A stretch of DNA of 64,000 nt from positions 2,144,001-2,208,000 of the forward strand of contig CAVWGN010000001.1 of NCBI GenBank assembly GCA_963754655.1, in the 5' to 3' direction. Origin of the DNA: an uncultured Chlamydiae bacterium (GTDB lineage Bacteria > Chlamydiota > Chlamydiia > Chlamydiales > Parachlamydiaceae). Position numbers and translations under genes: made by a program. The notes below the pieces were generated by a model. The model saw only the letters and a program-made list of their open reading frames with translations. It ran no database searches and was not told where the DNA came from. Numbering within the stretch: the first letter of the stretch is position 1; every line of letters begins with the position of its first letter. Below, in pieces: positions 19,328 to 28,744 of this stretch.

Positions 19328-21475
19328 TTAAATCTGCACATTGAAAGCCAAGCCACGTTCCTGAATAGCTGCCAAGAAAATCTCTTGGTCTTTTTTAAAG
19401 CTTTCATCTACAAATTGAAGAGCCCTGCCATTTTGCTGAACAGCAGCCAAGACAATCTCTCGATCTTTTTGAAGGCTTTCATCTGCAAATTGAAGAGCAT
19501 AGCCATTTTTCTGAACAGCAGCCAAGACAATCTCTCGATCTTTTTTAAAGCTTTCATCTGCATATTGAAGAGCCCAGCTATTTTTCTGAACAGCATCCAA
19601 GACAAACTCTCGATTTTTTTTAAAGCTTTCATCTGCATATTGAAGAGCATCGCAATTTTGCTGAACAGCAAGCAAAACAATTTCTCGATCTTTTTTAAAG
19701 CTTTCGTTTGCATAGTAAAGAGCCAGACCATCTTGCTGAACAGCATCCAAGACAAACTCTCGATTTTTTTTAAAGCTTTCATCTGCATATCGAAGAGCAT
19801 CGCAATTTTGCTGAACAGCAGCCAAAACAATTTCTCGATCTTTTATAAAGCTTTCATCTGCAACTTCAAGAGCCATGCCACATTGCTTAACAGCAGCCAA
19901 AACAATTTCTCGATCTTGTGTAAGACTTTCATCTGCATATTGAAGAGCATAGCCACTTTGCTGAACGGCAAGCAAGACAATTTCTCGATCTTTGGCAAAG
20001 CTTTCATCTGCAAATGCAAGAGCCTGACCACCTTGCTGAACGGCAAGCAAAACAATCTCTCGATCTTGCTTAAAGCTTTCATCTGCATATTCAAAAGCCC
20101 ATTCCTCTTGCTGAACAGCAGCCAAGACAATCCCTAGATCTTTTGTAAGACTTTCATCTGCATATTCAAGAGCATAGCCATTTTGTTGAACGGCCGCCAA
20201 GACAATCTCTCGATCTTTTTTAAGACTTTCATCTGCATACTGAAGAGCGCTGCCATCTTGCTTAACGGCCACCAAGACAATCTCTCGATCTTTTTTAAGA
20301 CTTTCATCTGCATATTGAAGAGCTTGACCCTGTTGCTTAACGGCCGCCAAGACAATCTCTCGATCTTTTTTAAGACTTTCATCTGCATACTGAAGAGCCC
20401 TGCCATATTGCTTAACGGCCGCCAAGACAATCTCTTGATCTTTTGTAAGACTTTCATCTGCATACTGAAGAGCATTATATTCAAAAGCCCCAACATCTTG
20501 CTGAACTGCAGCCAAGACAATCTCTCGATCTTTTTTAAGACTTTCATCCGCATACTGAAGAGCGCTGCCATCTTGCTTAACGGCCGCCAAGACAATCTCT
20601 CGATCTTTTTTAAAACTTTCATCTGCATATTGAAGAGCCCCGCCATTTTGCTGAACTGCAGCCAAGACAATTTCTCGATCTTTTGCAAGGTCGTTACGTA
20701 TAGCAAAAACAGAACGTCCAAAACATCGACTAATGTGCACCAAAATTTCTTTATCATTAAAATTGGGAATTTTTTTAAGGGTAGAAATAATAGAGCTTGC
20801 TGCCTGATCCCATTCCTCTATATATTTTCGACCGCCACAGTAAAGTTTTTTAATAAATGCATTTTTGATAATGGTTAGTCTTTGCTCATCATTACCTAAT
20901 ATAAGAGAGTTTAAAATAGACAATTGCTTTTCCGCTACCTGCCGAATGTTTTTATTGGCACTCCTTTTGCAAACTTCAGGATCCCATGGATAGCGATCCA
21001 AAAGAGAAAGAAATAAACTCTTTGGATGAAATAATTGTGAATCAACCATTAACAATTTTTCCAATTTTAGCTTTTGGTTAAGTCGGAATTGATCTATTAG
21101 TCTAAACTCCCGGGCGGTAAACTGCACCTTTTCCTTAGTTTGGTTAAATAGGAATCGATCTATTAGTTTAAACTCCTGGGGGGTAAAATGCTCCTTTTCC
21201 TTAGTTTTGATACACTCCTGGGGAAATGTGATAGGGAATAGATGATTCTTAAGTTGAAAAATAGTCCGTAGCAATGAGATACAAGGATTCTTCTCAAGAA
21301 TGTATTTCCATTTTTTACAGGTCAGTAAAATAGAAGAGATGTCATGCATAGAGGAGCTTTGATTGACAACCCGATCAAAAATAATTCCTAAAAGCTCATT
21401 AGGAAGTAATGTATCTAAGAAAGCTTCGTTTGTAGTGTTTGGCATTGTAGGTGAATGAAGAAAGAGAGTTTTCAT
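19328..21475 (-). CDS. array copy 6, longest intact F-box-like/DUF4116-repeat protein (about 18 repeats)
   Basis: 715 aa; short internal duplication FTPQEFKLIDRF/FTAREFRLIDQF; ends NVQI. Confidence 0.9.
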   Translation of the reverse strand: MKTLFLHSPTMPNTTNEAFLDTLLPNELLGIIFDRVVNQSSSMHDISSILLTCKKWKYILEKNPCISLLRTIFQLKNHLFPITFPQECIKTKEKEHFTPQEFKLIDRFLFNQTKEKVQFTAREFRLIDQFRLNQKLKLEKLLMVDSQLFHPKSLFLSLLDRYPWDPEVCKRSANKNIRQVAEKQLSILNSLILGNDEQRLTIIKNAFIKKLYCGGRKYIEEWDQAASSIISTLKKIPNFNDKEILVHISRCFGRSVFAIRNDLAKDREIVLAAVQQNGGALQYADESFKKDREIVLAAVKQDGSALQYADESLKKDREIVLAAVQQDVGAFEYNALQYADESLTKDQEIVLAAVKQYGRALQYADESLKKDREIVLAAVKQQGQALQYADESLKKDREIVLVAVKQDGSALQYADESLKKDREIVLAAVQQNGYALEYADESLTKDLGIVLAAVQQEEWAFEYADESFKQDREIVLLAVQQGGQALAFADESFAKDREIVLLAVQQSGYALQYADESLTQDREIVLAAVKQCGMALEVADESFIKDREIVLAAVQQNCDALRYADESFKKNREFVLDAVQQDGLALYYANESFKKDREIVLLAVQQNCDALQYADESFKKNREFVLDAVQKNSWALQYADESFKKDREIVLAAVQKNGYALQFADESLQKDREIVLAAVQQNGRALQFVDESFKKDQEIFLAAIQERGLAFNVQI

Positions 21476-21635
21476 AATTGTTCCTTAAGTCAAGTGATTA
21501 GATTACTCGGCCTTTTACAAAGGTAAAAAGTCGAGATTAAAAGTTTGTATTAAAAAAATTATTTTTTAATTTAAAATAATTAAATCTTTTATTTTTTATA
21601 GATTTATAACATAAATTAAGAAATTGAGTACATTA

Positions 21636-21847
21636 TTAAATTTTGTTTAGATAAGACCATCAAGAATAGAAAGGATCAAATAACGGGTGTCCTCTAACTG
21701 CTTGAGGCAGGCTCCGTTTGACAGGCTCGTAAGATAGCGTAGCGCCTTTCAAATGTTTTTGCCCCTAAAAGCCTCCTGAACTTTACTTGGAAAGCCTTAT
21801 GCCACGCTCCCCCTGGCTTGTATTTCTTGGGAGAAAAAGCTTCAAAA
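21636..21847 (-). pseudogene. remnant of the waaC-like 3' end
   Basis: Aligns by eye to 40841-41046. Confidence 0.85.
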
Positions 21848-21854
21848 TTGAATG

Positions 21855-23453
21855 TCAAGCGCGATCTTGCTGAACAGCAGCCAAGACAATCTCTCGATCC
21901 TGTTTAAGGCCTTTATCTGCAAAGTAAAGAGCCTTGCCATCTTGCTTAACGGCAGCCAAAACAATTTCTCGATCACTTTGAAAGTTTTTATCTGCAAACT
22001 CCAGAGCCGTACCATCTTGCTGAACGGCAGCCAAGACAATTTCTCGATCACTTTGCAAGCTTTCATCTACAAACTCAAGAGCCAAGCCATCTTGCTGAAC
22101 GGCAGCCAAAACAATTTCTCGATCATTTTGAAAGCTTTGATCTGCATATTGAAGATCCGCGCCATCTTGCCGAACAGCAGCCAAGACAATGTCTCGATCT
22201 TTTTTAAAGCTTTCATCTGCATGGTAAAGAGCATAGCCATTTTGCTGAACGGCAGCCAAGACAATCTCGCGATCTTGTTTAAAGCTTTCCTCTGCATATT
22301 CAAGAGCTCGGCCATTTTGCTGAAGAGCAGCCAAAACAAACTCTCGATCTTTTTTAAAGCTTTCATCTACATATTTAAGAGCATAGCCATCTTGCTGAAT
22401 GCTAGCCAAGACAATCTCTCGATTTTTTTTAAGGCTTTCATCTGCATATTGAAGAGAATAGCCATATCTTTGAACGGCAGCCAAGACAATTTCTCGATCT
22501 TTTTTAAAACTTTCATCCGCATATTGAAGAGCATAGCCACTTTGCTGAACGGCAGCTAAGACAATTTCTCGATCTTTTTTAAAGCTTTCATCTGCATGGT
22601 AAAGAGCATAGCCATTTTGCTGAACGGCAGTCAAGACAATCTCTCGATTGTTTTTAAGGCTTTCATCTGCACATTGAAGAGCCAAGCCATCTTGCTGAAC
22701 GGCAGCCAAGACAATCTCTCGATCTTTTTCAAGGCCGTCACGTATAGCAAAAACAGAACGTCCAAAACATCGACCAATATGCATAAAAATTTCTTTATCA
22801 TTAAAAGTGGGAATTTTTTTAAGGGTAGAGATAATAGAGTCTTTTACCGAAGACCACTTCTCTGTTGCTCGGCCGCCACAGTAAAGTTTTTTAATCAATT
22901 CATTTTTGATCATGGTTAGTCTTTGCTCATCACTACTTGATACAAGAGCGTTTAAAATAGACAATTGCTCTTTCGCTATTTGCCGGATGTTTTGATTGGC
23001 ACTCAATTTGCAAGCTTGAGGATTCCATGGATAGCGATTCAAAAGAGAAAGAAATAAACTCTTCGGATGAAATAATTGTGAATCAACCATTAACAATTTT
23101 TCCAATTTTAGCTCTTGGTAAAATAGGACTCGATCTATCAGTTTAAATTCCTGAGAGGTAAAATGCTTCTTTTCCTTAGTTTGTATACATTCTTGGGGAA
23201 ATGCGATAGGGAATGGATGATCCTCTTTAAGTTGAAAAAGAGTCTTTAGCAATGAAATACAAGAATTCTTCTCAAAAATGCATTTCCATTTTTTACAGGT
23301 CAGTAAAATAGAAGAGATGTCAGGCATAGCTTGGCTTTGATTGACAACCTGATCAAAAATAATTCCTAAAAGCTCATGGGGAATTAGTGTGTCTAAGAAA
23401 ACTTCATTTGTAGTGTTTGGCATTATGGGCGAATGAAGAGAGAGAGTTTTCAT
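21855..23453 (-). CDS. array copy 7, F-box-like/DUF4116-repeat protein
   Basis: Same architecture, 532 aa. Confidence 0.9.
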   Translation of the reverse strand: MKTLSLHSPIMPNTTNEVFLDTLIPHELLGIIFDQVVNQSQAMPDISSILLTCKKWKCIFEKNSCISLLKTLFQLKEDHPFPIAFPQECIQTKEKKHFTSQEFKLIDRVLFYQELKLEKLLMVDSQLFHPKSLFLSLLNRYPWNPQACKLSANQNIRQIAKEQLSILNALVSSSDEQRLTMIKNELIKKLYCGGRATEKWSSVKDSIISTLKKIPTFNDKEIFMHIGRCFGRSVFAIRDGLEKDREIVLAAVQQDGLALQCADESLKNNREIVLTAVQQNGYALYHADESFKKDREIVLAAVQQSGYALQYADESFKKDREIVLAAVQRYGYSLQYADESLKKNREIVLASIQQDGYALKYVDESFKKDREFVLAALQQNGRALEYAEESFKQDREIVLAAVQQNGYALYHADESFKKDRDIVLAAVRQDGADLQYADQSFQNDREIVLAAVQQDGLALEFVDESLQSDREIVLAAVQQDGTALEFADKNFQSDREIVLAAVKQDGKALYFADKGLKQDREIVLAAVQQDRA

Positions 23454-23615
23454 AATTTTTCCTTAATACCATTGATTAGCATTACTCGACTTTTTATAAT
23501 TGTAAAAGGTTGAGTTTAAAAAATTAAATTAAACAAAATATTTTATTAAATTAAAATCATTAAATATTTTAGTTTTTACAAATTTATAATATAAATTAAT
23601 AAATTTAGTAAAATA

Positions 23616-23829
23616 TTAAATTTTGTTTAGAGAAGGCTATCAAGAATAGAAGTGATCAATACTGGCACCTCCTCTAACTGCTTGATGCAGCTCCTTTTGA
23701 CAGGTTCGTAAGATAGCGTAGCCTCTTTTCAAATATTTTTGCCCATAAAAGCCACCTGAACTTTCCTTGGAAAACCTTATGCCACGCTCCTCGCTGGCTT
23801 GTATTTCTTGGGAGAAAAAGCTTCAAAAA
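23616..23829 (-). pseudogene. remnant of the waaC-like 3' end
   Basis: Aligns by eye to 40841-41046. Confidence 0.85.
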
Positions 23830-23851
23830 TTGAACGTCAAGCGCGATCTTG

Positions 23852-25240
23852 CTAAATAGCAGCCAAGACAATTTCTCGATCCTTTTGAAGGCTTTCATCT
23901 GCAAACTTAAAAGCATATCCATCTTGCTGAACGGCAGCCAAGACAATTTCTCGATCATTTTGAAAGCTTTCATCTGCAAACTCAAGAGCCAAGCCATCTT
24001 GCTGAACGGCAGCCAAAACAATTTCCCGATCCTTTTGAAGGCTTTCATCTGCAAACTCAAGAGCCTCGCCATCTTGCTGAACAGCAGCCAAGACAATCTC
24101 TTTATCTTTTTTAAGGCTTTCATCTGCATATTGAAGAGCTCTACCAGTTCGCTGAACGGCAGTCAAGACAATCTCCCGATCTTTTTTAAAGCTTTCATCT
24201 GCAAATGCGAGAGCCAAGCCATTTTGCCGAAAGGCAGTCAAGACAATCTCTCGATCTTTTTTAAGCCTTTCATCTGCATATTTAAGAGCATTGCCATTTT
24301 CCCGAACGGCAGCCAAGACAATCTCTCGATCTTTTCTAAAGCTTTCATCTACATACTCAAGAGCCAAACCAATTTGCTGAACGGCAGCTAAGACAATCTC
24401 TCGATCTTTTTTAAAACTTTCATCTGCCTGGTAAATCACATAGCCACTTTGCTTAACGGCAGCTAAGACAATCTCTCGATCTTTTTTAAGGCCGTCACGT
24501 ATAGCAAAAACAGCATCTCCAAAACACCGACCAATATGAATAAAAATTTCTTTATCATTAAAAGTGGGAATTTTTTTAAGGGTAGAGATAATAGAGGCTC
24601 CTGCCTTAGAGATAATAGAGCCACCTTCCTGATACCTCTTCTCTGTTACTCGAATGCCACAGTAAAGTTTTTTAATAAATTCATTTTTGATCATGGCTAG
24701 TCTTTGCTCATCATTAACTGATACAAGAGAGTTTAAAATAGACAATTGCTCTTCCGCTACCTGCTGAATGTTTTTATTAGCGCTCGATTTGCAAACTGTA
24801 GGATCCCATGGATAGCGATCCAAAAGAGAAAGAAATAAACTTTTCGGATAAAATAATTGTGAATCAACCATTAACAACTTTTCCCATCTTCGCTTTTGGT
24901 ATTGGTAAAGTAGGGCTCTATCTATCAGTTTAAATTCCTGAGGGGTAAAATGCTCTTTTTGCTTAGTTTGTATACATTCTTGGGGAAATACGATAGGGAA
25001 TGGATAATTCTCTTTAAGTTGAAAAAGAGTCCGTAGCAATGAGATACAAGGATTCTTCTCAAAAAGGCATTTCCATTTTTTACAGGTCAGTAAAATAGAA
25101 GAGATGTCATGCATAGAGGGGCTTTGATTGACAATCTGATCAAAAATAATTCCTAACACATCATCAGAAAGTAATGTGTCTAATGAAGCTTCATTGGTAG
25201 TGTTTGGCATTGTAGGTGAATGAAGAAAGAGAGGTTTCAT
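23852..25240 (-). CDS. array copy 8, F-box-like/DUF4116-repeat protein
   Basis: 462 aa; CAG>TAG change a few codons before the usual QDRA-stop. Confidence 0.9.
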   Translation of the reverse strand: MKPLFLHSPTMPNTTNEASLDTLLSDDVLGIIFDQIVNQSPSMHDISSILLTCKKWKCLFEKNPCISLLRTLFQLKENYPFPIVFPQECIQTKQKEHFTPQEFKLIDRALLYQYQKRRWEKLLMVDSQLFYPKSLFLSLLDRYPWDPTVCKSSANKNIQQVAEEQLSILNSLVSVNDEQRLAMIKNEFIKKLYCGIRVTEKRYQEGGSIISKAGASIISTLKKIPTFNDKEIFIHIGRCFGDAVFAIRDGLKKDREIVLAAVKQSGYVIYQADESFKKDREIVLAAVQQIGLALEYVDESFRKDREIVLAAVRENGNALKYADERLKKDREIVLTAFRQNGLALAFADESFKKDREIVLTAVQRTGRALQYADESLKKDKEIVLAAVQQDGEALEFADESLQKDREIVLAAVQQDGLALEFADESFQNDREIVLAAVQQDGYAFKFADESLQKDREIVLAAI

Positions 25241-25400
25241 AATTGTTCCTTAAGGCAAAGGATTAGTATTACCCGATTTTTTTACAATTGTAAAAATTTT
25301 GGATTAAAAATTTGTATTAAAAAATATTTTTTAATTTAAAATAGTTACATCTTTTAATTGCTATAGATTTATAACACAAATTAGGAAATTTAGTACAATA

Positions 25401-25615
25401 TTAAATTTTGTTTGGATAAGACCTTCAAGGATAAAAGTGATCAAATAACTGGTGCGCTCTAACTGCTTGATGCAGGCTCCGTTTGAAAGGCTCGTAAGAT
25501 AACGTAGCATCTTTTCAAATGTTTTTATCCATAAAGCCACCTGAACTTTCCTTGAAAAGTTTTATGCCGCGCTCCCCTCTGACTTGTAATTTTTTGGGAG
25601 AAAAAGTTTCAAAAA
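25401..25615 (-). pseudogene. remnant of the waaC-like 3' end
   Basis: Aligns by eye to 40841-41046. Confidence 0.8.
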
Positions 25616-25643
25616 TTGAATGTCTCTTTTTTAAGGCTTTCAT

Positions 25644-26801
25644 TTAGGAAATGAAGAGCCCAGCTATTTTCCGAAAAGCAGTCATGGCAATCTCTCGATC
25701 ATTTTGAAAACTTTCATCTGCAAATTGAAGAGCCCAGCCATTTTTCTGAACGGCAGCCAGGACAAACTCTCGATCATTTTGAAAACTTTCATCTGCAAAT
25801 TGAAGAGCAGAACTATTTTTCTGAATAGCAGTCAAGGCAAACTCTCGATCTTTTTTCAGGCTTTCATCTGCAAATTCAAGAGCCTTGCCCGCTTGCTGAA
25901 CGGCAGTCAAGACAAACTCTCGATCTTTTTGAAGGCTTTCATCTGCATATTCAAAAGCCCAGCAATCTTCCTCAACGGCAGCCAATACAATCTCTCGATC
26001 TTTTTGAAGGCTTTCATCTGCATAGAAAAGAGCCAAGCCATCTTGCTGAACAACAGACAAGACAATTTCTCGATCTTTTGCAAGGTCGTTACGTATATTA
26101 AAAACAAACCTTCCAAAACATCGACTAATGTGCATCAAAATTTCTTTATCATTAAAATTGGGAATATTTTTAAGAATAGAAATGATAGAGCTTCCTGCCT
26201 GATTCCATTCCTCTACATCTTCTTGACCACCACAGTAAAGTTTTTTAATAAATTCATCTTTAATAATGGTTAATCTTTGCTCATCATTACCGAATGCAAG
26301 AGAGTTTAAAATAGACAATTGCTCTTCCGCTACCTGCTGGATATTTTTATTGGCGCTCTTTTTGCAAACTTCAGGATTCCATGGATAGCGATCCAAAAGA
26401 GAAAGAAATAAACTCTTCGGGTGAAATAATTCTGAATCAACCATTAACAATTTTTCCAATTTTAGCTGTTGTAAGAATCGATCTATCAGTTTAAATTCCT
26501 GAGGGGTAAAATGCTCCTTTTGCTTAGTTTTTATACATTCCTGGGGAAATGTGAGAGGGAATGGATAATTCTTTTTAAGTTGAAAAAGAGTTCGTAGCAA
26601 GGAGACACAAGGATTCTTCTCAAAAATGCGTTTCCATTTTTTACAGGTAAGTAAAATAGAAGAAATGTCATGCATAGAGGGGCTTTGATTGATAACCTGA
26701 TCAAAAATAATTCTTAAAAGCTCATTAGGAAGTAATGTATCTAAGAAAGCTTCATTTGTAGTGTTTGGCATTGTAGGTGAATGAAGAAAGAGAGTTTTCA
26801 T
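25644..26801 (-). CDS. array copy 9, shortest F-box-like/DUF4116-repeat protein (about 6 repeats)
   Basis: 385 aa; last residues shift into the alternative frame (RKIAGLFIS). Confidence 0.85.
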   Translation of the reverse strand: MKTLFLHSPTMPNTTNEAFLDTLLPNELLRIIFDQVINQSPSMHDISSILLTCKKWKRIFEKNPCVSLLRTLFQLKKNYPFPLTFPQECIKTKQKEHFTPQEFKLIDRFLQQLKLEKLLMVDSELFHPKSLFLSLLDRYPWNPEVCKKSANKNIQQVAEEQLSILNSLAFGNDEQRLTIIKDEFIKKLYCGGQEDVEEWNQAGSSIISILKNIPNFNDKEILMHISRCFGRFVFNIRNDLAKDREIVLSVVQQDGLALFYADESLQKDREIVLAAVEEDCWAFEYADESLQKDREFVLTAVQQAGKALEFADESLKKDREFALTAIQKNSSALQFADESFQNDREFVLAAVQKNGWALQFADESFQNDREIAMTAFRKIAGLFIS

Positions 26802-27042
26802 AATTGTTCCTTAATATATGATTAGCGTTAATTGAATTTTAAAATTATAAAATGACGAAAAAAAATCATATTAAATAAAATCTTTTTTATTTAAAAAATA
26901 ATTAAATAATTAAATAATTAATTTTTATAGATTTATAACATACATTAAGAAATTTAGTGAAATATTAAATTTTGTTTAATGAAGGCTACCAAGGATAGAA
27001 GTAATCAAATAACTAGCGATCCTCTAACTACACGAAATATTT

Positions 27043-28629
27043 TTATTGCTGAACAGCAGCCAAGAGAATTTCTCGATCTTCTTGAAGGCTTTCATCTGCA
27101 AACTCAAAAGCCCCGGCATCTTGCTGAACAGCAGCCAAGACAATTTCTCGATCACTTTGAAAGCTTTCATCTGCATATTCAAGAGCCATTCCATTTTTCT
27201 GAACAGCAGTCATGACAAACTCTCGATCATTTTGAAAACTTTCATCTGCATACCCAAGAGCAGAGCCATTTTCCTCAATGGCCGCCAAGATAATTTCTTG
27301 ATCTTTTTTAAAGCTTATATTTGCAAATCGAAGAGCAGTACCATCTTGCTGAACGGCGGCCAAGACAATTTCTCGATCTTTTTTAAAATTTGCATCTGCA
27401 TATTCAAAAGCTATGCCATCTTTCTGAACAGCAATCAAAACAATCTCTCGATCTTGCTTAAAGCTTTCATCTGCATATTTAAGAGCATAGCCATTTTGCT
27501 GAACAGCAATCAAGACAATCTCTCGATCTTGCTTAAAGCTTTCATCTGCATATTGAAGAGCGTTGCCATCTTTCTGAACAGCAATCAAAACAATCTCTCG
27601 ATCTTGTTTAAAGCTTTCATCTGCAAACTTAAGAGCATAGCCATCTTGCTGAACGGCAGCCAAGACAAACTCTCGATCTTTTTTAAAATTTGCATCTGCA
27701 TATTCAAGAGCCATGCCATTTTTCTGCAAGGCAACCAAGACAATCTCTCGATCTTTTTTAAGGCTTTCATCTGCAAACTTAAGAGCCCCGCCATCTTCCT
27801 GAACAGCAGCCAAGACAATCTCTCGATCTTTTTTCAAGCTTTTATCTGTATATTGAAGGGCCCTGCCATCTTGCTGAACAACAACCCGGACAATTTCTCG
27901 ATCTTTTTCAAGACCGTCACGTATAGCAAAAACAGAACATCCAAAACACCGACCAATCTGCATTAAAATTTCTTTATCATTAAAATTGGGAACTTTTTTA
28001 AGGGTGGAGATAATAGAATTTTTTACCTGATACCACTTCTCTGTTTCGCGACCGCTACCCAAGTAAAGTTCTTTAATAAATTCATTTTTGATAATGGTTA
28101 GTCTTTGCTCATCATTACCTAATACAAGAGAGTTTAAAATAGACAATTGCTCTTCCGCTACCTGTCGAATGTTTTTATTGGCACTCTTTTTGCAAATTTC
28201 AGGATCCCATATATAGCGATCCAAAAGAGAAAGAAATAAACTCTTCGGTTGAAATAATTGTGAATCAACCATTAACAATTTTTCCAATTTTAGCTTTTGT
28301 AAGAATCGATCTATCAGTTTAAATTCCTGAGGGGTAAAATGCTCTTTTTGCTTAGTTTGAATACACTCTTGAGGAAATGTGAGAGTGGAGGGATGATTCT
28401 CTTTAAGTTGAAAAAGAGTCTGTAGCAATGAAATACAAGGATTCTTCTCAAGAATGTGTTTCCATTTTTTACAGGTCAGTAAAATAGAAGAAATGTCGGG
28501 CATAGCTTGGCTTTGATTGACAACCTGATCAAAAATAATTCCTAAAAGCTCATTAGGAAGTAATGTGTCTAAGAAAGCTTCGTTTGTAGTGTGTGGCATT
28601 GTAGGTGAATGAAAAAAGAGAGTTTTCAT
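27043..28629 (-). CDS. array copy 10, F-box-like/DUF4116-repeat protein
   Basis: Same architecture, 528 aa. Confidence 0.9.
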   Translation of the reverse strand: MKTLFFHSPTMPHTTNEAFLDTLLPNELLGIIFDQVVNQSQAMPDISSILLTCKKWKHILEKNPCISLLQTLFQLKENHPSTLTFPQECIQTKQKEHFTPQEFKLIDRFLQKLKLEKLLMVDSQLFQPKSLFLSLLDRYIWDPEICKKSANKNIRQVAEEQLSILNSLVLGNDEQRLTIIKNEFIKELYLGSGRETEKWYQVKNSIISTLKKVPNFNDKEILMQIGRCFGCSVFAIRDGLEKDREIVRVVVQQDGRALQYTDKSLKKDREIVLAAVQEDGGALKFADESLKKDREIVLVALQKNGMALEYADANFKKDREFVLAAVQQDGYALKFADESFKQDREIVLIAVQKDGNALQYADESFKQDREIVLIAVQQNGYALKYADESFKQDREIVLIAVQKDGIAFEYADANFKKDREIVLAAVQQDGTALRFANISFKKDQEIILAAIEENGSALGYADESFQNDREFVMTAVQKNGMALEYADESFQSDREIVLAAVQQDAGAFEFADESLQEDREILLAAVQQ

Positions 28630-28744
28630 GATTGTTCCTTAGTAAAATGGATTAGCGTTACTCGACTTTTTACAATTTTAAACAAGCTAGTTGGTTATTT
28701 AAGAAACATTACTGATTCTTTGACCTCGCTTGCTTAAGGTGAGG

